From assembly GCA_913052485.1 (NCBI GenBank), contig CAJXDN010000002.1, positions 82,031-146,030 on the forward strand: a stretch of DNA of 64,000 nt, written 5' to 3'. Made by a program: the position numbers and the translations under genes. Below, one piece after another: positions 24,411 to 32,471 of the stretch. Source of the stretch: an uncultured Flammeovirgaceae bacterium (GTDB lineage Bacteria; Bacteroidota; Bacteroidia; Cytophagales; MED-G16). The notes beneath the pieces are model-generated. The model was not told the DNA's origin. It ran no database searches and saw nothing but the letters and a program-made list of their open reading frames with translations. Each line of letters opens with the position of its first letter. The first letter of the stretch is position 1.

Positions 24411-25058
24411 ATGAAGATGGAATATAACACAACAAGAAGTAATCTGATACTAAGAGAGTACGGCAGAAACTTTCATAAATTAGTCGACTATGTCGGTAAT
24501 GAAAAAGACAAAGAAAAAAGAAATAAAATGTCTAAAACTCTTGTCGAGATGATGAAGATTACTCAGCCAAGTTTTAAAGACCAAAGTGAAGTTGATGCTA
24601 AGATGTGGGATGACTTATATATCATGTCTGATTATGGTTTAGATATTGATAGTCCATACCCAATGCCTAAAAGAAAAAGCGAGTCAGAAAGGCCTAAAAG
24701 GTTAGAATATCCTAAAACTAAGATAAGGTATAGACACTACGGGAAAAAAATTGAGTTACTAATAGAAGAGGCATGCAAGTTAAAGAAAGAGGATGAAAAA
24801 GAGGCAGCAGTAATACATATTGGTAAAATTATGAAATCATTTTTTGGAATGTGGAATAAAGAGTCAATAGATAATAAAGTTATTATTGAAAATATAAAAG
24901 AACTTTCTAATAATAAATTATCAATTGATGTGGATAAAGTAAAGGAGTTAAATCTATTCTACAAGGTAACAAAAGAGAGAGGATCAAAGCATCACTACCA
25001 TTCAAAATCTAAAAGGAACTTTAAATCAAACAGACCCTTTAGAAAAAGGAGAATGTAA
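24411..25058 (+). CDS. DUF4290 domain protein
   Basis: YNTTRSNLILREYGRNFHKLV matches the DUF4290 N-terminus. It sits in the conserved Bacteroidota position immediately upstream of murA. The TTG 24399 of the track lies inside a TAGTTTTG promoter-like box, so ATG 24411 (or 24417) is preferred. Confidence 0.7.
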   Translation: MKMEYNTTRSNLILREYGRNFHKLVDYVGNEKDKEKRNKMSKTLVEMMKITQPSFKDQSEVDAKMWDDLYIMSDYGLDIDSPYPMPKRKSESERPKRLEYPKTKIRYRHYGKKIELLIEEACKLKKEDEKEAAVIHIGKIMKSFFGMWNKESIDNKVIIENIKELSNNKLSIDVDKVKELNLFYKVTKERGSKHHYHSKSKRNFKSNRPFRKRRM

Positions 25059-26362
25059 TGGGATCATTCAGAATTAATGGTGGTAAAAATTTAAAGGGAA
25101 CTATTCATCCTCAAGGAGCAAAAAATGAGGCACTCCAAATTCTTTGTGCTGTACTTTTAACAGAAGATGATGTCATAATTGAAAATGTGCCTGATATAAA
25201 AGATGTAAATCTCCTGATTGATTTACTCAAAGGAATGGGTGTAGATGTAGAAAAACAAGATCCAACAACTTATAAATTTAAAGCATCATCTATTGATACA
25301 AATTATACTAAATCTGATGAGTTTTTTGAAAAATCTTCAAAAATAAGGGGGTCTATAATGCTAATGGGACCCCTTGTAGCTAGATTCGGTAATGCTTATT
25401 TGGCAAAACCGGGAGGAGATAAAATTGGCAGGAGAAGAGTTGACACTCACTTTGTGGGCATTCAGGAACTAGGTGCAAAATTTACCTTAGAAAAAAATAA
25501 TTCATTATTTAAGGTCTCAAGTGAAAAACTACATGGAAGTAATATTTTGCTTGATGAGGCCTCTGTAACTGGAACGGCTAATATTGTAATGGCTGCGGCT
25601 CTAGCTGAAGGTAAAACAACTATATATAATGCAGCATGTGAACCATATCTCCAGCAACTCTGTAAAATGTTAAATTCAATGGGAGCAAGTATTAAAGGTG
25701 TTGGTTCAAACTTTTTAAAAATTGAAGGAGTATCTACATTAATTGGAACTAGACATAAAATACTTCCAGACATGATCGAGATAGGTAGCTTTATAGGCTT
25801 AGCAGCAATGACTCAATCAGATATCTTAATTAAAAATGTAAGTACTGAAAATCTAGGGATTATACCAAAAACATTTAGCAGACTTGGAATAAAAATGTCA
25901 TTAGAAAATGATTCTATCCATATTCCATCTCAAGATCATTATGAAATTGAATCATTTATAGATGGCTCAATTATGACTATATCTGATTCAATTTGGCCTG
26001 GATTCTCACCTGATCTTTTAAGTATTGCCCTTGTAACATCTATCCAAGCAAAAGGAACAGTTCTCATACATCAAAAGATGTTTGAAAGTAGGTTATTTTT
26101 TGTAGATAAATTAATTGATATGGGGGCTCAAATTATTCTTTGTGATCCTCACAGAGCAACTGTAATCGGATTAGATAGGAAAATACCTTTGAAAGGAATT
26201 CAAATGACGTCCCCTGATATAAGGGCCGGAGTTTCATTACTTATAGCTGCCCTCTCTGCAGATGGAGAAAGTATTATTGATAACATTGACCAAATAGATA
26301 GAGGTTACAGTAATATTGACAAAAGACTCAGGGATCTTGGTGCAGATATTGAAAGAATTTAA
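25058..26362 (+). CDS. murA: UDP-N-acetylglucosamine 1-carboxyvinyltransferase
   Basis: Full-length EPT fold (GAKNEALQILCAVLL, KPGGDKIGRRRVDTH, IDRGY..ID.RL..LGA). Confidence 0.95.
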   Translation: MGSFRINGGKNLKGTIHPQGAKNEALQILCAVLLTEDDVIIENVPDIKDVNLLIDLLKGMGVDVEKQDPTTYKFKASSIDTNYTKSDEFFEKSSKIRGSIMLMGPLVARFGNAYLAKPGGDKIGRRRVDTHFVGIQELGAKFTLEKNNSLFKVSSEKLHGSNILLDEASVTGTANIVMAAALAEGKTTIYNAACEPYLQQLCKMLNSMGASIKGVGSNFLKIEGVSTLIGTRHKILPDMIEIGSFIGLAAMTQSDILIKNVSTENLGIIPKTFSRLGIKMSLENDSIHIPSQDHYEIESFIDGSIMTISDSIWPGFSPDLLSIALVTSIQAKGTVLIHQKMFESRLFFVDKLIDMGAQIILCDPHRATVIGLDRKIPLKGIQMTSPDIRAGVSLLIAALSADGESIIDNIDQIDRGYSNIDKRLRDLGADIERI

Positions 26363-26952
26363 AAATTTCTTCTTAGGTTTTTCATGGAGTGTAGAGGCCC
26401 ATCCAAAATAAACATATCAACTACAAATGAAGGTATTTTATCAATTACTGCGTAACTCTGAAGTGTAACTTTAGTTCTATTTGAATCTATTTTTGATAAT
26501 ATCCAAGTGGATTTTGAGTCGAGAATCCTTATTAAATTTTTGTCTAATGGAATGTATCCGGGGGTTGAGGTTAGATTAACAGTAACCTTATTATCCTCAC
26601 TTAAAATTTTTACATCTGATACTAAGTCTCTTTTCTTTAGAGGCCAACCCATCTCCATTTTGAAATAAACATAAAAAAGTGTGTCATTACTTTTTTCTAA
26701 AATTTTACTATCCTCTAGTCTATACATCCACTTGTAGGAGTTATCGAAATTTAAAATAAATTTTAAAATTGAGTCTATATCTGAACTTACAACTGTCTCA
26801 GCTAAATACTCTGAAGTATTTTTTTCATTTTTTCTAAGATATACTTTAATGTTATTTTCATTTTTTTTTAGTACCCAGTCATTAATATCACTAGTAATAC
26901 CTTCAAAAGAGAGTATATTGAGATTGAGAATTAAAAAATTAATTAAAGTCAT
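26359..26952 (-). CDS. START/SRPBCC-like lipid-binding domain protein, exported
   Basis: 197 aa with a hydrophobic N-terminus. The START-like pattern is W......NIKVY.R.........AETVV....D.I........Y..W. This is a weak, pattern-level call. Confidence 0.45.
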   Translation of the reverse strand: MTLINFLILNLNILSFEGITSDINDWVLKKNENNIKVYLRKNEKNTSEYLAETVVSSDIDSILKFILNFDNSYKWMYRLEDSKILEKSNDTLFYVYFKMEMGWPLKKRDLVSDVKILSEDNKVTVNLTSTPGYIPLDKNLIRILDSKSTWILSKIDSNRTKVTLQSYAVIDKIPSFVVDMFILDGPLHSMKNLRRNF

Positions 26953-27011
26953 TGATAAAAATTATTAAATTAAATTACATGTTATTAACATGTATCTTAT
27001 TTAAATATAAC

Positions 27012-28670
27012 ATGAGAAACTTTATTCTCTTTATTATCTTAAATTTAGTTCAGGTACCAATATCAATTTACGCTCAAAATAATAGTATTGATTCAACAGA
27101 AATAGTAAAAAGAGATTCTACAAATAGTATATCATCTAAAACAATAAATATACAAGAGAATTATCCCGATATTTATTTTAATATCATTAATTATAGCATT
27201 AATAGTGAAGAAAAAATTTTAATAGAGAGTCAATACAACCCTACCAGTATAAAACTTGACGAGAGAGATACCCTGTCTATGATTATTCAGCTAGCTGGTA
27301 AAGAGGATGAAATAATATTTAACTATTATTTTAATGATAACCCTAACTTTAGAATTTTAGACAACGGAAAAATCATATATGACAAAAGAAGTAAAAGAAT
27401 ATATTTTGAGTTTATACCTGATGATAACCAGGCACTAAATAGGTTCATCACATGGAATCTTTTTGCTCAAGAACAGAACTCAAACCTTGAAAGGTATGAT
27501 TTCTTAATTGAAATTAATAATTTAGAATATCCACCAAAAATTATAAATAAACAGATTGATAAAATTATAAGGAGTAATTTTAATTTTAACTACCAACCAA
27601 TAATATCCGATGGTGATGGTGAAATTCTTTTTGAATTAAAAACAGATGCTCCAATTGATAATTTTGATCCAATAAATGGAAATATAGATTGGAAAATTGA
27701 TCCTAATAATATCAATGAACTTGAAAAAACCTTTCAATTTATTTTAAGAGCTTACAAAAAAAATAAACCAGAATTATTTGATTTGGACACCTTCAAAATA
27801 ATATATTCAGAGAATAATTACCCTCCAGTCTTTGGTAAAACCTCAAAATGGATAGTTGAGGAAGGCAATTCATATACATATAAAATTCCTGTTGATGATC
27901 CAAATGTTAATGACTCAATAGTTATTGAAAATGTTGGCGCTCAATTACCTAGAGGCATGAAACTTGAGAGTAATAACAAAATAATCTCCTTTTCTGTAGA
28001 CTACGACCACGTTGAGAGAACAAACTCAACTCAAAATTATAACCTTGAACTAAAAGCAACCGATTTATCTGGTCTATCATCTCAAATTACTCTTGATGTT
28101 GTAGTAATGAATACAATTAATCCTCTAAAAGTTCAGGAAAAAATTACAGAGTTAATTAATGAGTTAGAAGAACAACAAAATGGGCTAGAAGAAATTAATG
28201 AAAACTTAAAATGGATTGAGGCAACATCAAAAAATAATAGAAAAATAAGAACCTTTAGTGCAGCTGGGATAACATTTTTAGGAGCTTTGATGGGAGTTCT
28301 ATCTTCCAACTCGGAAGTTACAAGAAAAGCCGGTCCAATAATTGGTGCAAGTGGTGCTGTTCTGTCAGTTATTAACGAAGTATTATCTAGAGATGATAAT
28401 GAGATTAAAAACTTATTACAAGAAACAATCAAACTCCAATCTAATGTCAAAGTAAAATATGATAGACTTAGTTTTTATAAAAACTCTAAAAATTTGAGTG
28501 ATTTCCAAAATCAAGAAATTGACCTTTTAGTTAGAACAATTGAAAGCGACAGAGAAAATTTAAATAAAAGTCTTTTTACTATCTCTGAAAATTATAAAAT
28601 AATTATTTCTGAAAATAGAATTAGAAACATGATTAATAAAAAAAATAATATGAATAAATTGACATACTGA
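27012..28670 (+). CDS. orphan exported modular protein: three tandem ~100-120-aa cadherin/Ig-like modules, then a coiled coil flanking a Gly/Ala-rich hydrophobic hairpin
   Basis: From ATG 27012 there is a signal peptide (MRNFILFIILNLVQVPISIYAQ). The modules begin ENYPD, LEYPPK and NNYPPV. The C-terminal 180 aa are heptad-rich around FSAAGITFLGALMGVLSS...AGPIIGASGAVLSVI. I see no T9SS C-terminal domain. The start is ambiguous (TTG 26952, ATG 26979, ATG 27012). Confidence 0.6.
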   Translation: MRNFILFIILNLVQVPISIYAQNNSIDSTEIVKRDSTNSISSKTINIQENYPDIYFNIINYSINSEEKILIESQYNPTSIKLDERDTLSMIIQLAGKEDEIIFNYYFNDNPNFRILDNGKIIYDKRSKRIYFEFIPDDNQALNRFITWNLFAQEQNSNLERYDFLIEINNLEYPPKIINKQIDKIIRSNFNFNYQPIISDGDGEILFELKTDAPIDNFDPINGNIDWKIDPNNINELEKTFQFILRAYKKNKPELFDLDTFKIIYSENNYPPVFGKTSKWIVEEGNSYTYKIPVDDPNVNDSIVIENVGAQLPRGMKLESNNKIISFSVDYDHVERTNSTQNYNLELKATDLSGLSSQITLDVVVMNTINPLKVQEKITELINELEEQQNGLEEINENLKWIEATSKNNRKIRTFSAAGITFLGALMGVLSSNSEVTRKAGPIIGASGAVLSVINEVLSRDDNEIKNLLQETIKLQSNVKVKYDRLSFYKNSKNLSDFQNQEIDLLVRTIESDRENLNKSLFTISENYKIIISENRIRNMINKKNNMNKLTY

Positions 28671-28833
28671 ACTTAACTAGTTTAGCTTTTAATTAAATAC
28701 CTAAACTCAAAAAAACCCTATACACCTTTTATCATTTACTCTATTATTTTTATCATGTAACATCTCTGTTTAAGATAAATTTATACTCTAGAGATAAAGA
28801 GGTTGAATCATAAGGATTGTCGTACTAAACTTG

Positions 28834-29200
28834 TGGAGTCGGCGGGATTCGAACCCGCGTCCAGCTATGGAAACCGTATTTCGTCTACATGCTTAGATAA
28901 TATTTAATTTTCGAGATAGAGCAGGAAAATATCAACCAACTTCTACCCTTACCTACTGAAATTTCCTATACATAACTGTAGGTTAATACATATAGTAGAT
29001 CTCCTTATGACACCATATTAATTAATCGAAGATCACCAATTAAATTATGATGTGGCAATTCAAATTCTTAGAATTTAAACCGCCATAGCGTATTCGTATT
29101 TACGTTCGCCGTTTAAAGTATTTAGTATTTGATTACGGATGTTACATTCACCCGACATGCAAAAATAAAATTTATCATACTGTCAATTCCAGTCGACCCC
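28834..29200 (-). ncRNA. ssrA: transfer-messenger RNA (tmRNA, SsrA)
   Basis: On the minus strand the 5' end is GGGGUCGACUGGAAUUGACAG and the 3' end is ...GCGGGUUCGAAUCCCGCCGACUCCA, a tRNA-Ala-like acceptor/T-arm. An internal tag frame GGC GAA CGU AAA UAC GAA UAC GCU AUG GCG GUU UAA lies at 29075..29110. Confidence 0.92.
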
Positions 29201-29226
29201 AAAAAACAAAGAACAATATTGTTGAG

Positions 29227-29234
29227 CAAATCTA
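29227..29234 (-). promoter_or_regulatory. candidate Bacteroidota -7 promoter box (TAGATTTG) for ssrA
   Basis: The minus strand reads TAGATTTG, matching TAnnTTTG, 26 nt upstream of the mature tmRNA 5' end. tmRNA is processed from a precursor. No TTG -33 element was seen. Confidence 0.35.
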
Positions 29235-29253
29235 ATTTATTTAATTTACATCT

Positions 29254-30915
29254 GTGGAAAAATATGTTGTATCAGCACGAAAATATAGACCTATAAAATT
29301 TGAGGATGTTGTTGGCCAGTCACACGTAACAACTACTCTCGATAACGCAGTAAAAAATGAAAAAATTGCTCAATCAATTTTATTTTGTGGCCCCAGAGGT
29401 GTAGGGAAGACAACATGTGCAAGAATTTTAGCTAATGAAATAAATGGGTTTAATATCGATAATCCATTAGAAACTTCAAATAATTTAAATATTTATGAGT
29501 TAGATGCAGCATCAAACAATTCTGTTGATGACATAAGAAATTTAATTGACCAAGTAAGGTACGCACCACAATCTGGAAAATATAAAGTATATATCATTGA
29601 CGAGGTTCACATGCTTTCAAATGCTGCATTTAATGCTTTCCTAAAAACATTAGAGGAACCCCCATCCTATGCAATATTTATACTTGCAACAACAGAAAAA
29701 AATAAAGTAATTCCCACAATTTTATCCAGATGTCAAATTTATGATTTCAATAGAATTGAAATTCCAGAAATAAAAGGTAAGCTTATAGATATATTATCTA
29801 AAGAAAAAATTGAATTTGATGATGAAGCTCTACACATTATTGCCCAGAAAGCGGATGGTGCTATGAGAGATGCACTTTCTACACTTGATATGATCAGAAC
29901 ATTTTCGAAAGACTCTAAAATTACTTTGGATATTGTAACTAAGAATCTGAATATTTTAGATAGCGAATATTTCTTTAATGTGGCAGATTTAATTTATAAA
30001 TCTAAAATTTCAGAAACATTACTAATCCATAATGATATTTTGAAAAAAGGCTTTGAAAGTTCAGCTCTTCTAAATGGACTTTCTAACCATTTTAGAAATT
30101 TACTTCTATCAAAAAATGATAAATTAATAGAAATTATGGAAGTTTCTAATTCTGAAAAATCAAAATATATTGATCAATCGAAGTTGATACCAACTAATTT
30201 CATTGAAGAATCTCTAGAAATTTTAAATCAATTTGAAATAAACTATAAAAGATCTAATGATAATAAAATTCATACAGAAATTGCTTTAATCAAAATTTCT
30301 TCTCTTTCAAAAAAAAAAACTTTAAAAACTGAAAAGGGGTCTAATATAATTGAAGTAGACGAAACTCATTTATCAGCAAAAAGTAATAAAACAGAATTAG
30401 TTGATGAGAGAGATGAAGATACTTCAGTAAGTAAAGAAGTAATTATAAAAAAATCAGAACAAAGTCAGGAAACACCTAACCTTAAAAGTTTACTAACAGT
30501 TGACAAGAAGACTGAAAAAGATTTAGATTATAAGGAGAGCAGAACAAATAAAATTGAGAAAGTTCCATTCACTGAAGATAGTTTTATTGTCCTTCTAGAA
30601 GAATTTACTAAATCATTGAATGATAAAAACTCAGAGATTGCCATCCTCAAAAAAAAATATACTATTAAAGATCATAAGATCACCTTTCATCTTGACAATG
30701 ATCTGGAGGGAACCATATTCGATAGCATATTAAATAAATTTAAAGAACAATTAAAAGTTAGATTTGAAAAAAAAGTTAGTTTAGGAAAGGATGTAACCCA
30801 AACAGTAAAAGAAAAAGCGATATACACTAATAAAGATAAATTTGATTATCTATCTAAGAAAAATAAAAATCTAAAGCATCTTCAAAATAAACTAGGATTA
30901 GACTATGAATTTTAA
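29254..30915 (+). CDS. dnaX: DNA polymerase III subunit gamma/tau
   Basis: GTG start. ARKYRP..F.DVVGQ, Walker A GPRGVGKTT, DEVHMLS, and SRC (LSRCQ). The C-terminal half is low-complexity and tau-like. Confidence 0.93.
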   Translation: MEKYVVSARKYRPIKFEDVVGQSHVTTTLDNAVKNEKIAQSILFCGPRGVGKTTCARILANEINGFNIDNPLETSNNLNIYELDAASNNSVDDIRNLIDQVRYAPQSGKYKVYIIDEVHMLSNAAFNAFLKTLEEPPSYAIFILATTEKNKVIPTILSRCQIYDFNRIEIPEIKGKLIDILSKEKIEFDDEALHIIAQKADGAMRDALSTLDMIRTFSKDSKITLDIVTKNLNILDSEYFFNVADLIYKSKISETLLIHNDILKKGFESSALLNGLSNHFRNLLLSKNDKLIEIMEVSNSEKSKYIDQSKLIPTNFIEESLEILNQFEINYKRSNDNKIHTEIALIKISSLSKKKTLKTEKGSNIIEVDETHLSAKSNKTELVDERDEDTSVSKEVIIKKSEQSQETPNLKSLLTVDKKTEKDLDYKESRTNKIEKVPFTEDSFIVLLEEFTKSLNDKNSEIAILKKKYTIKDHKITFHLDNDLEGTIFDSILNKFKEQLKVRFEKKVSLGKDVTQTVKEKAIYTNKDKFDYLSKKNKNLKHLQNKLGLDYEF

Positions 30916-32363
30916 ACTTCCCAACCTTTTCGATAATTTCTAGATACGAACTTATTGGCATTATTATAATTTGTAATTTTCATAGCACCACCATCCCATA
31001 ATAATTTTTTTCTTCCAGGATAAAATGCATTTCCAATCTTATTTTTTTTCATCTCCATAAAACTTCTTATAGCGATATTACCCATGAGAACTGTTTCTGT
31101 CATTGGTCCAGAATAATCAAAAGAAGAGGTTAAAGACTTGTGTTCAGAGCTATTGAATCCTGCTTTACAAGCTTCAATCCATTTTGTCTGATGACCAAAT
31201 TCATTTCCAGGCTGGTTAGAGGTATCAAACTCCACTGTATCCTCCCCTTTTCGATACAATTTTGGAGTAAAACCATATACACCGGTAGTTATAATTCCCT
31301 TAGATCCTATCATCATAACTCCATTTGCACTATTGGGAGTACCCAACGAATCACTAGCAGGGATCAAATCTGGATGAGGTGGTCTTAATCCACCATCTAA
31401 CCATCTCATTTTCAGAGGAGATTTATTTTTATCAGTTGACTCAAAATCTAAAGTAACAGAGGATGAGGGAGGACATCCCTCAGGAATATACTCTGGACTC
31501 CACATTTTTATAAAAACTTGACCTACACTACACTCTACAGCTGTTGGATATTGTAGTCCTAAAGTCTTAAATGGAACATCTATTAAGTGGCAACCCATGT
31601 CTCCTAAAGCCCCTGTTCCATATGCCCACCAGCCCCTCCAATTAAAGGGATGGTATGCATTCGTATAGTCAATCTTTGGAGCAGGACCTAACCATAAATC
31701 CCAATCTAGACCCTCGGGAGTAGGACTTCCATCTGATTTTGGAACTGGAATTCCTTGAGGCCAAACAGGTCGATTTGTCCAGACAAATACCTCATCCACC
31801 TCTCCAATTAATCCATTATCAAACCACTCTTGAACTTTACTCATTCCAGAATTAGACGCTCCTTGATTTCCCATCTGAGTCACTATTTTTTTCTCCCTAG
31901 CTGTCTCAGTAAGCATCCTAGCCTCTCTAATATTATGAGTTAAAGGCTTCTGAACATACACATGAATTCCCTCATCCATTGCTGCAAGAGCTTGGATTGC
32001 ATGAACGTGATCTGGAGAAGAAATGGTAACAGCATCGATATCTTTTTGCTTATCGAACATAACTCTGAAGTCCTGATAAAAATTAGCCTTTGGAAACCTT
32101 GATCTAGATTTTGCACTAATTTCTCCCTTATCTACATCACACAGGGCAACGACATTTTCCTTACCCTCATCTGAAGCATACCATAAGTCAGATGTACCTT
32201 TCCCACCAATACCAATACCTGCTATATTTATTTTATCACTTGGAGATGTGAATCCGTTACCTCCAAGAACATATCTTGGGACTATAAAAAAGCTAGATGC
32301 AGCAAGAGCACCCTTTTTTAGGAATTCTCTTCTATTGTTATTTTTTGAATTATTTTTTTTCAT
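30912..32363 (-). CDS. Gfo/Idh/MocA-family oxidoreductase with twin-arginine (TAT) export signal
   Basis: NNRREFLKKGALAASSF is a canonical TAT motif. It is followed by a Rossmann fold (INIAGIGIGGKG) and the Gfo/Idh/MocA C-terminal domain; 483 aa. Confidence 0.85.
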   Translation of the reverse strand: MKKNNSKNNNRREFLKKGALAASSFFIVPRYVLGGNGFTSPSDKINIAGIGIGGKGTSDLWYASDEGKENVVALCDVDKGEISAKSRSRFPKANFYQDFRVMFDKQKDIDAVTISSPDHVHAIQALAAMDEGIHVYVQKPLTHNIREARMLTETAREKKIVTQMGNQGASNSGMSKVQEWFDNGLIGEVDEVFVWTNRPVWPQGIPVPKSDGSPTPEGLDWDLWLGPAPKIDYTNAYHPFNWRGWWAYGTGALGDMGCHLIDVPFKTLGLQYPTAVECSVGQVFIKMWSPEYIPEGCPPSSSVTLDFESTDKNKSPLKMRWLDGGLRPPHPDLIPASDSLGTPNSANGVMMIGSKGIITTGVYGFTPKLYRKGEDTVEFDTSNQPGNEFGHQTKWIEACKAGFNSSEHKSLTSSFDYSGPMTETVLMGNIAIRSFMEMKKNKIGNAFYPGRKKLLWDGGAMKITNYNNANKFVSRNYRKGWEV

Positions 32364-32471
32364 TTGAGTATTTGGTATAGTTAGTCAGTTTAATATTGGT
32401 ATAAAATCACTTTAATTTAAAAATTTTTTTTTTAACTTAATAATTGTTGAGACTAATAAACTAAACTATCT

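Noticed and set aside
26952-27011. N-terminal extensions from TTG starts in the ORF track (26952, 9744, 12040, 20946, 24399).
   Set aside because: In each case an in-frame ATG a few codons downstream gives a better N-terminus: a signal peptide, a conserved family start, or a position downstream of a promoter box. The extensions were trimmed in my calls.
28727-28756. Direct repeat TTTTATCAT twice, 21 nt apart, and a 7-bp AGTTTAG/CTAAACT hairpin in the spacer downstream of ssrA.
   Set aside because: These are AT-rich short repeats of marginal significance. The hairpin lacks a downstream T-tract on either strand, so I cannot support a terminator or sRNA.
28671-29253. The tmRNA locus as the integration site of a genomic island containing the orphan 572-aa protein.
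   Set aside because: I could see no integrase, no duplicated copy of the ssrA 3' end (att-like repeat), and no obvious compositional break. The idea is kept only as a minor remark in the orphan-protein finding.
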